A stretch of DNA of 64,000 nt from positions 1,600,001-1,664,000 of the forward strand of contig CAWJGT010000003.1 of the NCBI GenBank assembly GCA_963842525.1, written 5' to 3'. Every line of letters begins with the position of its first letter. The stretch's first letter is position 1. The translations under genes were made by a program, and so were the position numbers. Below, piece by piece: positions 1 to 9,324 of the stretch. The DNA comes from an uncultured Holophagales bacterium. GTDB taxonomy: Bacteria > Acidobacteriota > Thermoanaerobaculia > Multivoradales > UBA5704. The notes beneath the pieces were generated by a model. It was not told the origin of the DNA and searched no databases. It worked only from the letters and a program-made list of their open reading frames with translations.

Positions 1-18
1 CTCCTTTCGATCGCGCTC

Positions 19-1881
19 GTGCCGCGCGGCGCGGCCTTCGTCGACCGCTACGGCTCGCGGCCGGTGACGCGCGGGGGCATCACCCGCCAGACCCTCTTCG
101 CGCACACGCCGGCCAGCCTCACCGTGCGGGTGGCCGCTCCCGACGGAGCACGCCTGGGCTTCGGCCTCTCGGTGGTGCCCGGGGAGACGGTGACGTACCG
201 GGTCACCGCACAGGCAGGCGGCGGGGAGCGCAAGGCCCTGCTCGCGGAGACGGTCCGCGACGCGGGCGTCTGGGGACAGCGCTCGGTCGACCTCTCCGCG
301 TGGGGCGGCTCGACCGTCGAGCTGACGCTGGAGGCGGCGAGCGAACGGCCGGGCGCCGTGGCCCTCTGGGGCGCGCCGATCGTCTCCGGGACGGATCGCC
401 GGCAGAGGGAACAGCGGCCGAACGTCATCTTCTACGTCATCGACGGCGGCGGCGCCGACCTGATGAGCGTCTATGGCTACAACCGCCGCACGACGCCGTT
501 CCTCGAGCAGCTTGCCGCGGAGGGCGTGGTCTTCGAACGCGCCTACTCCAACTCGACCTGGACCCAGCCCTCCACCGCGTCCTTCATGACCTCCCTCCAC
601 CACAGCGTGCTCGGCGGCCTGCGGCGCGGCGTGCACTCGACGCCCGTCCCGGTCAAGGCCACGACGATGGCCGAGCACCTGCGGCGCGTGGGATATCAGA
701 CCGCGGTCTTCACCTCCAACCCCAACTCCGGGCGTGTGATCGGCCTCGAGCGCGGCGTCGACTGGATGGAGGACGAGGAGACCAGGGACCTCTCGACCTC
801 CTCGGACGAGCTGCACGAGCGGTTCTGGCGATTCCGCGAGCGCTCTCCGGCCGAGCCGTACTGGGTCCATTTCCAGACCACCGACGTGCACGAGCCGAAC
901 GAGCCGGTGCAGCCCTTCGCCGGCCTCTTCGTCCCACCGGAGGGCCGGCACCAGCTCCACGCCTGGAACAGGCTCCTCTGGCAGGCCGGGGTCTCGGCGC
1001 GCGGCACGACCAGCATCGCCGGGTTCTACGACCTCGCCCTGGACCGTGCCGGGATCGATCGCGAGGCCTATTTCGGCCTGCGCCGCGGCCTCTATGACGA
1101 GACCATGGCGTATCAGGACGACCAGCTCCGGCGGCTGGTCGAGCGCCTCAAGCTGCAAGGTGAATGGGAGAACACGCTGCTCATCATCGCCGCCGACCAC
1201 GGCCATCCGGCGGGGACCTTCGCCCGTTTCGGCCGTGGGCTCTTCGACCCGCAGCCGGAGCCCTGGCAAGGAGCGCTCTTCGACGCCTACAGCACCCGCG
1301 TGCCCTTGATCTTCGTCTGGCCCGGCCGCATCGCCGGAGACCGGCGGATCGCCGGGCCCGTGTCGATGATCGACGTGCTGCCGACCCTCCTCGATCTCCT
1401 CAGGCTGCCGCAGCCGGAGGTCCTCCAGGGACAGTCGCTCGCGCCGCTCCTGCTCGGCCGCGAGATGCAGCTCCGGCCGGTCCTCTTCGACGAGTTCCGG
1501 GTCGACGAGCACGGCGAGCTGGTCGGCAACCTGGAGATCGTCGACGGCCGCTGGGGGGCCTCCTTGGAGATCGGCCCGCACCCACAAGGGGCCGCCGCCA
1601 CGAAAGGCCGCCACGAGGTGCCCGCGGGCGGACGCTGGGGCGCAAGTCATCCATTCTTCCCCGACGCGCCCCGGCTGCTGCTCTACGACGTCTGGGCGGA
1701 CCCCTTCGCCCTGCATGCCGTCAACGACCAGCATCCCGACCTCGTGGAGAAGTACCGGCGGGTGCTGGTGAATCAATGGAAGGCCCACCTGGCCCTGGCC
1801 CAGAGGTTCCAGGAGGCGGGAGAGGTGGCGCTCACCCCCGAGCAGCTCCAGCAGCTCCGGGCTCTGGGATACATTCGGTAG
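19..1881 (+). CDS. Sulfatase-like hydrolase/transferase (probably 5'-truncated by window edge)
   Basis: RPNVIFYVID start of sulfatase domain, AYSNSTWTQPSTAS at the active-site loop, ADHG motif, C-terminal QLRALGY tail; frame is open to the window start. Confidence 0.85.
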   Translation: MPRGAAFVDRYGSRPVTRGGITRQTLFAHTPASLTVRVAAPDGARLGFGLSVVPGETVTYRVTAQAGGGERKALLAETVRDAGVWGQRSVDLSAWGGSTVELTLEAASERPGAVALWGAPIVSGTDRRQREQRPNVIFYVIDGGGADLMSVYGYNRRTTPFLEQLAAEGVVFERAYSNSTWTQPSTASFMTSLHHSVLGGLRRGVHSTPVPVKATTMAEHLRRVGYQTAVFTSNPNSGRVIGLERGVDWMEDEETRDLSTSSDELHERFWRFRERSPAEPYWVHFQTTDVHEPNEPVQPFAGLFVPPEGRHQLHAWNRLLWQAGVSARGTTSIAGFYDLALDRAGIDREAYFGLRRGLYDETMAYQDDQLRRLVERLKLQGEWENTLLIIAADHGHPAGTFARFGRGLFDPQPEPWQGALFDAYSTRVPLIFVWPGRIAGDRRIAGPVSMIDVLPTLLDLLRLPQPEVLQGQSLAPLLLGREMQLRPVLFDEFRVDEHGELVGNLEIVDGRWGASLEIGPHPQGAAATKGRHEVPAGGRWGASHPFFPDAPRLLLYDVWADPFALHAVNDQHPDLVEKYRRVLVNQWKAHLALAQRFQEAGEVALTPEQLQQLRALGYIR

Positions 1882-1882
1882 C

Positions 1883-2830
1883 ATGGAATCCGTCCTGACC
1901 CGCGAAGCGCCCTTCCTCCGGCGCCTCTCCGCCTACCTCGCCGAGCGGTTCCCGCTCCTCGGGCATGGGATCCTGATCGCCGCCTACTACTCGTCAAACC
2001 AGTTCCTGGCCCGGGTTCTCACCGAGCCAGGGCGGCCGATGCACTACGACCTCTCGTCCCTCTTCGGCGCGTTGACGCTGTTTCTTTTCTTCTTCCACCT
2101 CCGGGTCTTCGACGAGCACAAGGACTATGCGGAGGACCTGGTCCACTACCCGCAGAGGGTCCTGCAGAGCGGCGTCGTCACCCTGCGCGACCTCAAGGTC
2201 CTGGGCGGGATCGCCATCGCGGCAGAGATCGTCCTGTCGGCGATCCGCGGCCCCGCCGCCCTGGTCGCCTGGCTCGCCGCCTTTCTCTTCTCGCTCCTGA
2301 TGCTCAAGGAGTTTTTTGCCCGCGAGTGGCTCAAGCGGCACTTCCTGGTCTATGCCACCAGCCACCTGCTGGTGATGCCGTTGCTCTCCCTGATGGTCTT
2401 CAGCTTCGCGACCGGCCGCTGGCCGTGGGAGGCGCCCCCCTGGTACTGGATGTATGCCTGGGTGGGCTTCTTCGTGACCTTCAACTGGGAGGTCTCGCGC
2501 AAGATCCGCGCACCCGAGGACGAGATCGAAGGAGTGGACAGCTACACCCGCATCTTCGGCACCTACGGGGCGGCCTACGTGGTGCTGCTCATCCGCGTGA
2601 TCGACACCGCGCTGGTGGCCCTGGTCGGCTGGCACCTCGGCGTGTCGGTCTGGTTCTACGCCGCGCTCGTGGCGCTTTTCCTGGTCTGCCTGATCGGTTT
2701 CTTCCAATATCGCTTCCAGACCAACCGCAAGACCGCGAAGCGGATGGAGACCTACGCCGGCATGTACATCATCGCCTTCGATCTGATCCTGGCCTTCGAG
2801 ATCGCCAGGCTCTACGGGATGGAGCTGTGA
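1883..2830 (+). CDS. UbiA-family prenyltransferase-like membrane protein
   Basis: Multiple TM helices, LRVFDEHKDYAED Asp-rich motif, EVSRKIRAPEDE..GVDSY second motif. Confidence 0.75.
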   Translation: MESVLTREAPFLRRLSAYLAERFPLLGHGILIAAYYSSNQFLARVLTEPGRPMHYDLSSLFGALTLFLFFFHLRVFDEHKDYAEDLVHYPQRVLQSGVVTLRDLKVLGGIAIAAEIVLSAIRGPAALVAWLAAFLFSLLMLKEFFAREWLKRHFLVYATSHLLVMPLLSLMVFSFATGRWPWEAPPWYWMYAWVGFFVTFNWEVSRKIRAPEDEIEGVDSYTRIFGTYGAAYVVLLIRVIDTALVALVGWHLGVSVWFYAALVALFLVCLIGFFQYRFQTNRKTAKRMETYAGMYIIAFDLILAFEIARLYGMEL

Positions 2831-5502
2831 GCGCGGCCCCTCACCCCCCGACCCCCTCTCCCAACCGCCCTCCCAGCCCACCGGGAGAGGGGGAGCTTGT
2901 CATTGCCGATCCCCGAGCTGCTCTCGGCGTGCCTTCGCTGCTCGGCGGCAAGGCGGCGAACCTCGCGCGCCTCGAATCGATCGGGATGCCGGTGCCGCCT
3001 TGGTATGCAATCACAACGGAGGCATTCCGCCGTTTCCGTGATGTGCCGCTGCCGCCTGAGCTGGAGCGCGAGATCGAGCGCGCTCATGCTGCACGGATTC
3101 CTGACGGGAAGCTCGTGGCGGTGCGTTCCTCTGCGGTGGGGGAGGATGCAGCGGGGGAGTCCTTCGCAGGAATCCATGACAGTTTCCTTTTCGTCCGTGG
3201 CTGGGACGATCTGCTGAACGCGATCCGCGGCGTCTGGGCTTCGGCGTACAGCGAGCGCGCCCTCGCCTACCGGCGGGCCAGGGGGATCCCTCTCGACAGC
3301 ATCGCCGTGGCGGTCGTGGTCCAGGAGATGATCGATCCTCGATCGAGCGGAGTCCTCTTCACGGCCAACCCGAACAACGGCAGTGTCCACGAAATGGTGA
3401 TCAGCTCCCTCTGGGGAGCCGGCGAAGGGCTGGTCAGCGTGGGGCTGGACGCCGATACCTACATCGTCGAGAAGGACACGCTGGAGGTGACCGAGCAGCT
3501 CGCGGTCAAACGGGAGCAGATCGTTCTCGACCGTGATGCCGGCCGCGGCGTGGTGCGGACCGAGGTCCCTTCCGATCTGCAGGAGCGAAGCAGCCTCACA
3601 TCGGAGGAAATTGCCGAGCTGGCCCGCACCGGGCTCGCGATCGAAAGGTTGTATCGCCGGCCGCAGGACATCGAATTCGCCTTTGATTCGGAAGGCCGCC
3701 TCGCCATCCTCCAGGCGCGGCCGGTGACCACGGTCGAGGAGGACGGCCCCGCGGCCGGCCATAGGCTGATCTGGGATAACTCGAACATCATCGAGAGCTA
3801 TTCGGGCGTGACCTCGCCGATGACCTTCAGCTTCATCCGGCGGGCCTATTCGATCGTCTACCACTGCTTTGCCGAGGTCATGGGCATCACGCCGAAGGTC
3901 GTGCGGGCAAATCGCGACGTCTTCGACAACATGCTCGGCCTGTTCCGAGGCCAGGTCTACTACAACCTCCTCAACTGGTACCGTCTGGTCCGCCTCTTCC
4001 CCGGGTTCAACTACAACAAGAAATTCATGGAATCGATGATGGGCGTGCGCGAGAGCCTGCCGGAAGAGGCCGAGCCTGCGCCGGTCGGAGCCCTCCAGCG
4101 CTACACCGTCGAGCTGCCCGCCCTGCTGCGCCTGGTTGGCCGTTCAGTCACCAACTTCCTGCGCATCCGCCGCATCGTCGGCGATTTTCAGAGCCATTTC
4201 CGGGAGCACTACAGCCGCTGGTCGCAGATGGACTTCCGCTCGATGGCCCCGCACGAGCTGGCCGCGCTCTACCGCGAGATGGAGGAGAAGCTCCTCTGGG
4301 AATGGAAAGCGCCGATCATCAACGATTTCTTTGTGATGGTTTTCTATGGCACCCTCAAGAAGCTCTGCACCGCGTGGTGCGGTGACGAAGCCGGGACCCT
4401 CCAGAACGACCTGCTTGCCGGAGAAGGAGGAATCGAAAGCACCGAGCCGACGCGGATGCTCCTCCGTCTCGCCGCGCAGGCGCGCCAAAGGCCTGAGCTA
4501 TGCCAGCTCCTCCTGGAGCATCCACCAGAGGATCTGGTGACAGCCATCCCGGCCGATCCCCGTTTCGCCGACTTCGCGGCCGAGATCGCCCGCTATCTCG
4601 ACCTCTACGGATTCCGTGGGGTCAACGAGCTGAAGCTGGAGGAGCCCTCGGTCAAGGACCGTCCCGCCTTCCTCTATCAGATCCTCCGCAATTATCTGAG
4701 CGGAGAAGCCCTCGATGTCGCAGCCATGGACGAACGGGAGCGCCGCATCCGCCAGGAGGCCGAGAAGCGAGCCTTCGCTTCCATCAAGAAGAGCCTCCTG
4801 CCACGCACCACGATCTTCCGCCGCGTCCTGAACAACGCCCGTCTCGGCGTCAAGAACCGCGAGAACATGCGTTTCGCCCGCACCCGCATCTATGGCCTCC
4901 TGCGCGAGCTCCTCCGCGCCATCGGCGAACACTTCACTCAGGAAGGCATCCTCGAAGCCCCTGCCGACATCTTCTATCTGACCATCGACGAGGTCTGGGA
5001 CTTCATTCGGGGCCGCGCGGTGACCACGGACCTGAAAGTCCTCGTCGCCCTCCGCCGCGAGGAATTCGACGCCTATCGCCGCGAGGCCGAGAAGATGCCG
5101 GCTGACCGCTTCGAAACCTTCGGCCTGCCCTACCACCGCAACCGCTACCGGGGCCGCCCGCGTCCCGTTGCCGTGGACGCCGAAGGTGTCCTACGCGGCA
5201 CCGGCTGCTGCGCGGGCGTTGTGACCGGTCCGGTCAAGGTCCTCCGCACTCCCACTGAAGACGCCCGCCTCGACGGCGAGATCCTGGTCGCCGAAAGGAC
5301 CGATCCGGGTTGGGTGCCGCTCTATCCGTCCGTCTCAGGTCTTCTCATCGAGCGTGGGAGTATCCTTTCGCACTCCGCGATCGTTGCGCGGGAAATGGGC
5401 ATTCCTACTATCGTCGGCATCGCCGGGTTGGTGGAGACGCTGGAGACCGGGCAGATCGTCACGATGGACGGCGCGGCGGGGACGGTGCGACCCCGCCGTT
5501 GA
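2827..5502 (+). CDS. PEP/pyruvate-binding + PEP-utilising mobile-domain enzyme (rifampicin-phosphotransferase-like architecture)
   Basis: GGKAANL, VAVRSSAVGED, SFAG, QDIEFA, LQARPVT, C-terminal TDPGW and LSHSAIVARE phospho-His motif; GTG start overlaps upstream TGA. Confidence 0.85.
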   Translation: MSAAPHPPTPSPNRPPSPPGEGELVIADPRAALGVPSLLGGKAANLARLESIGMPVPPWYAITTEAFRRFRDVPLPPELEREIERAHAARIPDGKLVAVRSSAVGEDAAGESFAGIHDSFLFVRGWDDLLNAIRGVWASAYSERALAYRRARGIPLDSIAVAVVVQEMIDPRSSGVLFTANPNNGSVHEMVISSLWGAGEGLVSVGLDADTYIVEKDTLEVTEQLAVKREQIVLDRDAGRGVVRTEVPSDLQERSSLTSEEIAELARTGLAIERLYRRPQDIEFAFDSEGRLAILQARPVTTVEEDGPAAGHRLIWDNSNIIESYSGVTSPMTFSFIRRAYSIVYHCFAEVMGITPKVVRANRDVFDNMLGLFRGQVYYNLLNWYRLVRLFPGFNYNKKFMESMMGVRESLPEEAEPAPVGALQRYTVELPALLRLVGRSVTNFLRIRRIVGDFQSHFREHYSRWSQMDFRSMAPHELAALYREMEEKLLWEWKAPIINDFFVMVFYGTLKKLCTAWCGDEAGTLQNDLLAGEGGIESTEPTRMLLRLAAQARQRPELCQLLLEHPPEDLVTAIPADPRFADFAAEIARYLDLYGFRGVNELKLEEPSVKDRPAFLYQILRNYLSGEALDVAAMDERERRIRQEAEKRAFASIKKSLLPRTTIFRRVLNNARLGVKNRENMRFARTRIYGLLRELLRAIGEHFTQEGILEAPADIFYLTIDEVWDFIRGRAVTTDLKVLVALRREEFDAYRREAEKMPADRFETFGLPYHRNRYRGRPRPVAVDAEGVLRGTGCCAGVVTGPVKVLRTPTEDARLDGEILVAERTDPGWVPLYPSVSGLLIERGSILSHSAIVAREMGIPTIVGIAGLVETLETGQIVTMDGAAGTVRPRR
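2839..2895. repeat. REP-like palindromic element (CCTCACCCC...CCCCCTCTCCC...GGGAGAGGGGG) inside the 5' end of a CDS
   Basis: Stem CCCCCTCTCCC / GGGAGAGGGGG; same family as the copies at 21773 and 21954. Confidence 0.8.
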
Positions 5503-5571
5503 GGGGCTCTGTTTTTTGGCTTCGCTGCTCCATTGCTTAGGCTCGTGGACTACGAAGAACTCACCGCAGAT

Positions 5572-7377
5572 CTACTCGAACTCCAACACCAACCGCGGAG
5601 CGCGGGTTGGAATACTGGCTGCGAGGGCACCTTCTCTGGACACGTACTCCACCTTGCCTGCCTGTCCTTCCGAGTCTTTTTTGACCAGCCATCCGTAGTC
5701 GGCACCGGCGAGAACGTCGCTTGTTACATCCCAACTCACTTCTCCAGACAGGCCGTTCGTGTGTACGACAGGCGCGCCGGTCGAAGCAGCGAAGGTCCCG
5801 CCATCCCACAGCATGGGGCAGTTGGGGGTCTGGTTCGCGATGTCGAGGTCGGTAGCGCACGCCCAGGTGACGCCGGGGCCGGTGCCGCGGGTGTTGCCGC
5901 CGACGGTCCAACCGTTGCCTTCGGACCATGGCTCGAGCAGACGGTGGGCGCTCATTGGGCGCCCGGAACTGCCCCAGTTGTCCGTGAGCTGCGCGATCGT
6001 GAGCACCAGCGTGGCTCTTACGAGACCTACGATCGAAACACCCGATAGGTCGAAGCGTACGAGGATTCGGTTCTTTCCTGAGCTTTGGATGCGGAGCGAG
6101 TCGTTGGCACCCTCATTCGTGTTGGGTGCACCCTGGCGCAGGAAGCTATCGGCGATGGCGGTAAGCTCGAGCGGCGGCGGAGGTCCGCCGTCGTTGCGAA
6201 CGAAGGCGACTTTTTCGTTCACGATCAGCGCGTCCGAGTCACCGTCGCCATCGACGTCGCCCACAACCACCGACTCGACGTTGCCCCCTGCGCCGTGGTC
6301 GAAGGTGAGAAGGTACGGATCGGCAATAGTCTGGGGCGTCGCTCCGAGCCCGCCCATCAGCGGATCGCCATACAGAATGCTCAGATCTCGGGTGTTGGCG
6401 TTGTCCGTTATGAGGTCTGGCCAGCCATCGTTGTTGAAGTCCGCGACTTCTGGGTCGCGAGGATGTGCCCCGGGGCTTGACTGAGTGGGCACGGCTCCGG
6501 GAGCGAGCAAGCCGTCGTAGATGTAGAGATGGTTAGTCGAGCTGTGCGGCACGTCAGCATTGGTGATGAGATCGGCGTCACCATCGCGGTCGAAGTCGGC
6601 CAGGGTGCCGAAGGTTGACCGGCTTGCGTCGCCAGCATCTAGCGTGAAGCTCGAAAAGCTTCGCCCTCCGAGGTTCGTAAAGACTGTGACGGAGTTCGGT
6701 CCGGTATCGTGGGTGCCGCCGAAAACGTCCAAGTCACCGTCGCCGTCATAGTCTCCGACCCAGGCTCGAACGAGGTCGTTTGGGGAAGTTGGAACGCTAG
6801 TGGAAGAGGTGAAGCGCAGCGCCGGGTTCGCGTCGTTCCAGAGGACGTGCAGTTTGCCAGGTGCCGTAAAGCCAAGGTCCGTCGTGACTGCATCGGGTAG
6901 GGAGTCGCCGTCGAGGTCCGCGAAGGCCAAACCGTAGCCGGCATCAACGTCTGGTGTCGGATACTCGGCGACTGTCCGCCCACCGGGAACCGAGTAGAGG
7001 ACGGTAAGGATTCCTTGCTGATTGTTTGCTCGGTTCCAGGTCACGATATCTGGAGTGCCGTCGCCGTCGACATCAGCGACCTGCGGCGAGAGGTATTCTT
7101 GCCCTCTCGGCAGCGGAGTAGCGTCAAGCAGCGTGTATCCCCCCGACCCGCTGATCTGGGAGACCTCCAGCACGTTCAGTGGAAATCGAACAATCAGAAC
7201 CTCGTTTTGACCGTCGCTGTCGAGGTCTCCCAGTCCGCCGGTGTAGCGGATGCCCGACCCTGGATTCACGGGCAACACTGTGAAGGGCACAGTCTGCGAC
7301 ATTAATGTGGCCGGCAGCATTGCGGTGATGAACAGACTGCGGAGCAGAATTCGTAACTTCAGCATGTCGTCTCTCAT
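5572..7377 (-). CDS. Secreted FG-GAP/VCBS repeat protein with C-terminal DNRLRE-like domain
   Basis: Signal-peptide-like N-terminus, seven DxDxDGxxD-type repeats, ADSFLRQGAPNTNEG...RILVRFDLS...RAPRLVL C-domain; GGAGG before ATG at 7377. Confidence 0.8.
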   Translation of the reverse strand: MRDDMLKLRILLRSLFITAMLPATLMSQTVPFTVLPVNPGSGIRYTGGLGDLDSDGQNEVLIVRFPLNVLEVSQISGSGGYTLLDATPLPRGQEYLSPQVADVDGDGTPDIVTWNRANNQQGILTVLYSVPGGRTVAEYPTPDVDAGYGLAFADLDGDSLPDAVTTDLGFTAPGKLHVLWNDANPALRFTSSTSVPTSPNDLVRAWVGDYDGDGDLDVFGGTHDTGPNSVTVFTNLGGRSFSSFTLDAGDASRSTFGTLADFDRDGDADLITNADVPHSSTNHLYIYDGLLAPGAVPTQSSPGAHPRDPEVADFNNDGWPDLITDNANTRDLSILYGDPLMGGLGATPQTIADPYLLTFDHGAGGNVESVVVGDVDGDGDSDALIVNEKVAFVRNDGGPPPPLELTAIADSFLRQGAPNTNEGANDSLRIQSSGKNRILVRFDLSGVSIVGLVRATLVLTIAQLTDNWGSSGRPMSAHRLLEPWSEGNGWTVGGNTRGTGPGVTWACATDLDIANQTPNCPMLWDGGTFAASTGAPVVHTNGLSGEVSWDVTSDVLAGADYGWLVKKDSEGQAGKVEYVSREGALAASIPTRAPRLVLEFE

Positions 7378-7422
7378 CTTTTTCCCTCCGTTGCTGAGGA
7401 GAACGTCAGCAAGGAGGTGCAC

Positions 7423-7438
7423 AGCAACACCCATACCA
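7423..7438 (-). promoter_or_regulatory. Sigma54 (-24/-12) promoter of the FG-GAP gene
   Basis: Minus strand TGGTAT-GGGTG-TTGCT fits TGGYAY-N5-TTGCW, ~45 bp before the ATG and just downstream of an enhancer-binding protein gene. Confidence 0.75.
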
Positions 7439-7536
7439 GAGTAGACGCCCTGCTGGCTCAGGGGCGGCATGGCTAGCCGCTTGGCGATGACCGCGAAGCA
7501 GAGTGGGCAGGGGTGCGAAGCAGGTTGGCGGCTGGC

Positions 7537-9321
7537 CTACGAGTCGATCAGCCCCAGCCGCTTCATCTTCAGGCTGAGCCCGTTTCTGGTAAGTCCCAGG
7601 ATTTGCGCCGTCTTGGTCTTGTTGCCGCCGCAGGCAGAGAGCGCTGATGCAATGGCCTTCTTTTCGAGCGCGTCGACCTGCTCCTTGAGGGTCGGAGGCG
7701 CTGGGGGTGAAGACGGCCGCGGCGGCTCGACGTCCCTCTCGTCACTGGCGGCTGGCGGCGGGCCATCGAGAGCCACCAGGTTGCTCTCCACGATGCCACC
7801 GTCCAGGCAGTGGAGGACAGCGCGATCGATCACCGATTTAAGCTCGCGGACGTTGCCGGGCCAGGGATGCTCCAACAGAATATCGAGCGCACGGCGGCTC
7901 ACACCGAGGATGCGTTTGCCTTCTCTGGCTGCGGCCCGGCTTGTGAACACCGCGATCAGACGCGGGAGATCCTCGCGGCGCTCGCGCAGAACCGGCAGAC
8001 GGATCTCCAGACGTCGAAGCCGGTAGTAGAGGTCGGGCCGGAATCCACCCTGGGCGGCTGCCGCAGTGAGATCGCGGTTGGAGGCCGAGATCACCCGCAG
8101 GTCGATCTTCTTCGGCGCCGCGGCTCCGAGCGGGTGGATCTCGCGCTCTTCGAGGACGCGCAGCAGCTTGGCCTGGATGACGGGTGGGAGCTCGCCGACC
8201 TCGTCGAGGAAGAGCGTGCCGCCGCGGGCCTGAGCGAAGAGGCCGGGCCGCGGGTCGACGCCGGTGGCCACGCGTTTCTGCACTCCGAACAGCTCGGCCT
8301 CCGCCAGCTCGGCGGGGATGGACGCGCAGTTGATCGCAACGAACGGGCCCCGGTTGCCGGGCCCGGTGGAGAGGTGGATGGCGCGCGCGGTAAGCTCTTT
8401 GCCAGTGCCGGTCTCGCCGAGCAAGAGGACGTCGAGCCTGCTTCGGGCGGCGGCTTCGATCTCGCGCAGCAGCATCCGGGAGGCGGGCGCCTCGCCGAGC
8501 ACCATGTGGGGCGGGAGCTCCAGCCGAGGCTGGGGTCGAGCCGGCTTGGCAGACGCCTGCTCCGGTGCGAGCCGCGCCGCCAGGTAGGAGAGAAAGTCCT
8601 CTTGCCACGGCGCCACCGCGGTGGCCTCGGGTGGAAAGACGGCCGCCAGCCGGAGGGACCCGGCCCCCTCGGCGACGATCACGCACCGGCCCGATTCGTG
8701 ATCGTAGAGCTTCGTCGCGCCAGGGTCGAGGCCGGCGTGTGCGAGCGCGGGAAGGACCGCGGCGGGCGGTATGGGCCCGCGGCAGTCGACGAGAGCGAGG
8801 TCGCCGACCGCTGGGTGGAAGAGGAGGAGGGTCTCCGCGCCCAGGGCCTCGCGCGCGGTGTCCAGGCGGGCGTCTTCGCCGGGTACGAGAGGCTCGGGCT
8901 CGGTCTCCCGGACGAAGCGCAAGGCCGCGGCGGCCGAGCCGCCGTGCGCGCTCAGCAGAAAGGTCGACGTGGCGGCGGGGAGCCCCACTGCGGTGAGGGC
9001 CTCGGCGAGCGCGAGCCCCAGCTCGGCGTCTGCAGACGAGATGTCCTCGAGAGTCATGCGGGCGTGGCCGAGCCGGACCTCCTCTCCGGGCCGCAGAAGG
9101 ATCTGAGCGAGGCGTTGGCCGTGCACGGCGAGTCCGTTCTTCGAGCCGAGATCGACGAGGAGGGCACCGTGGTCTACTCGCTCCATCCGGGCATGGTGCT
9201 GCGACACTCCGGGGAAGGGCAGGACGAAATCGTTGTCTTCGGCCGCTCCGATCGACGCCGCCGGCTGGGTCAAGGTGAAGAGCCGCACTCGGGAGTCGCA
9301 CCGGGCGACCAGGCGGAGCAC
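7537..9321 (-). CDS. FHA-domain sigma54-dependent transcriptional activator (AAA+, Fis HTH)
   Basis: FHA (GVSQHHA, DLGSKNG), GETGTGKE, AELFG..RVATGV (GAFTGA variant), LFLDEVGE, WPGNVREL, C-terminal HTH. Confidence 0.9.
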   Translation of the reverse strand: MLRLVARCDSRVRLFTLTQPAASIGAAEDNDFVLPFPGVSQHHARMERVDHGALLVDLGSKNGLAVHGQRLAQILLRPGEEVRLGHARMTLEDISSADAELGLALAEALTAVGLPAATSTFLLSAHGGSAAAALRFVRETEPEPLVPGEDARLDTAREALGAETLLLFHPAVGDLALVDCRGPIPPAAVLPALAHAGLDPGATKLYDHESGRCVIVAEGAGSLRLAAVFPPEATAVAPWQEDFLSYLAARLAPEQASAKPARPQPRLELPPHMVLGEAPASRMLLREIEAAARSRLDVLLLGETGTGKELTARAIHLSTGPGNRGPFVAINCASIPAELAEAELFGVQKRVATGVDPRPGLFAQARGGTLFLDEVGELPPVIQAKLLRVLEEREIHPLGAAAPKKIDLRVISASNRDLTAAAAQGGFRPDLYYRLRRLEIRLPVLRERREDLPRLIAVFTSRAAAREGKRILGVSRRALDILLEHPWPGNVRELKSVIDRAVLHCLDGGIVESNLVALDGPPPAASDERDVEPPRPSSPPAPPTLKEQVDALEKKAIASALSACGGNKTKTAQILGLTRNGLSLKMKRLGLIDS

Positions 9322-9324
9322 AGG

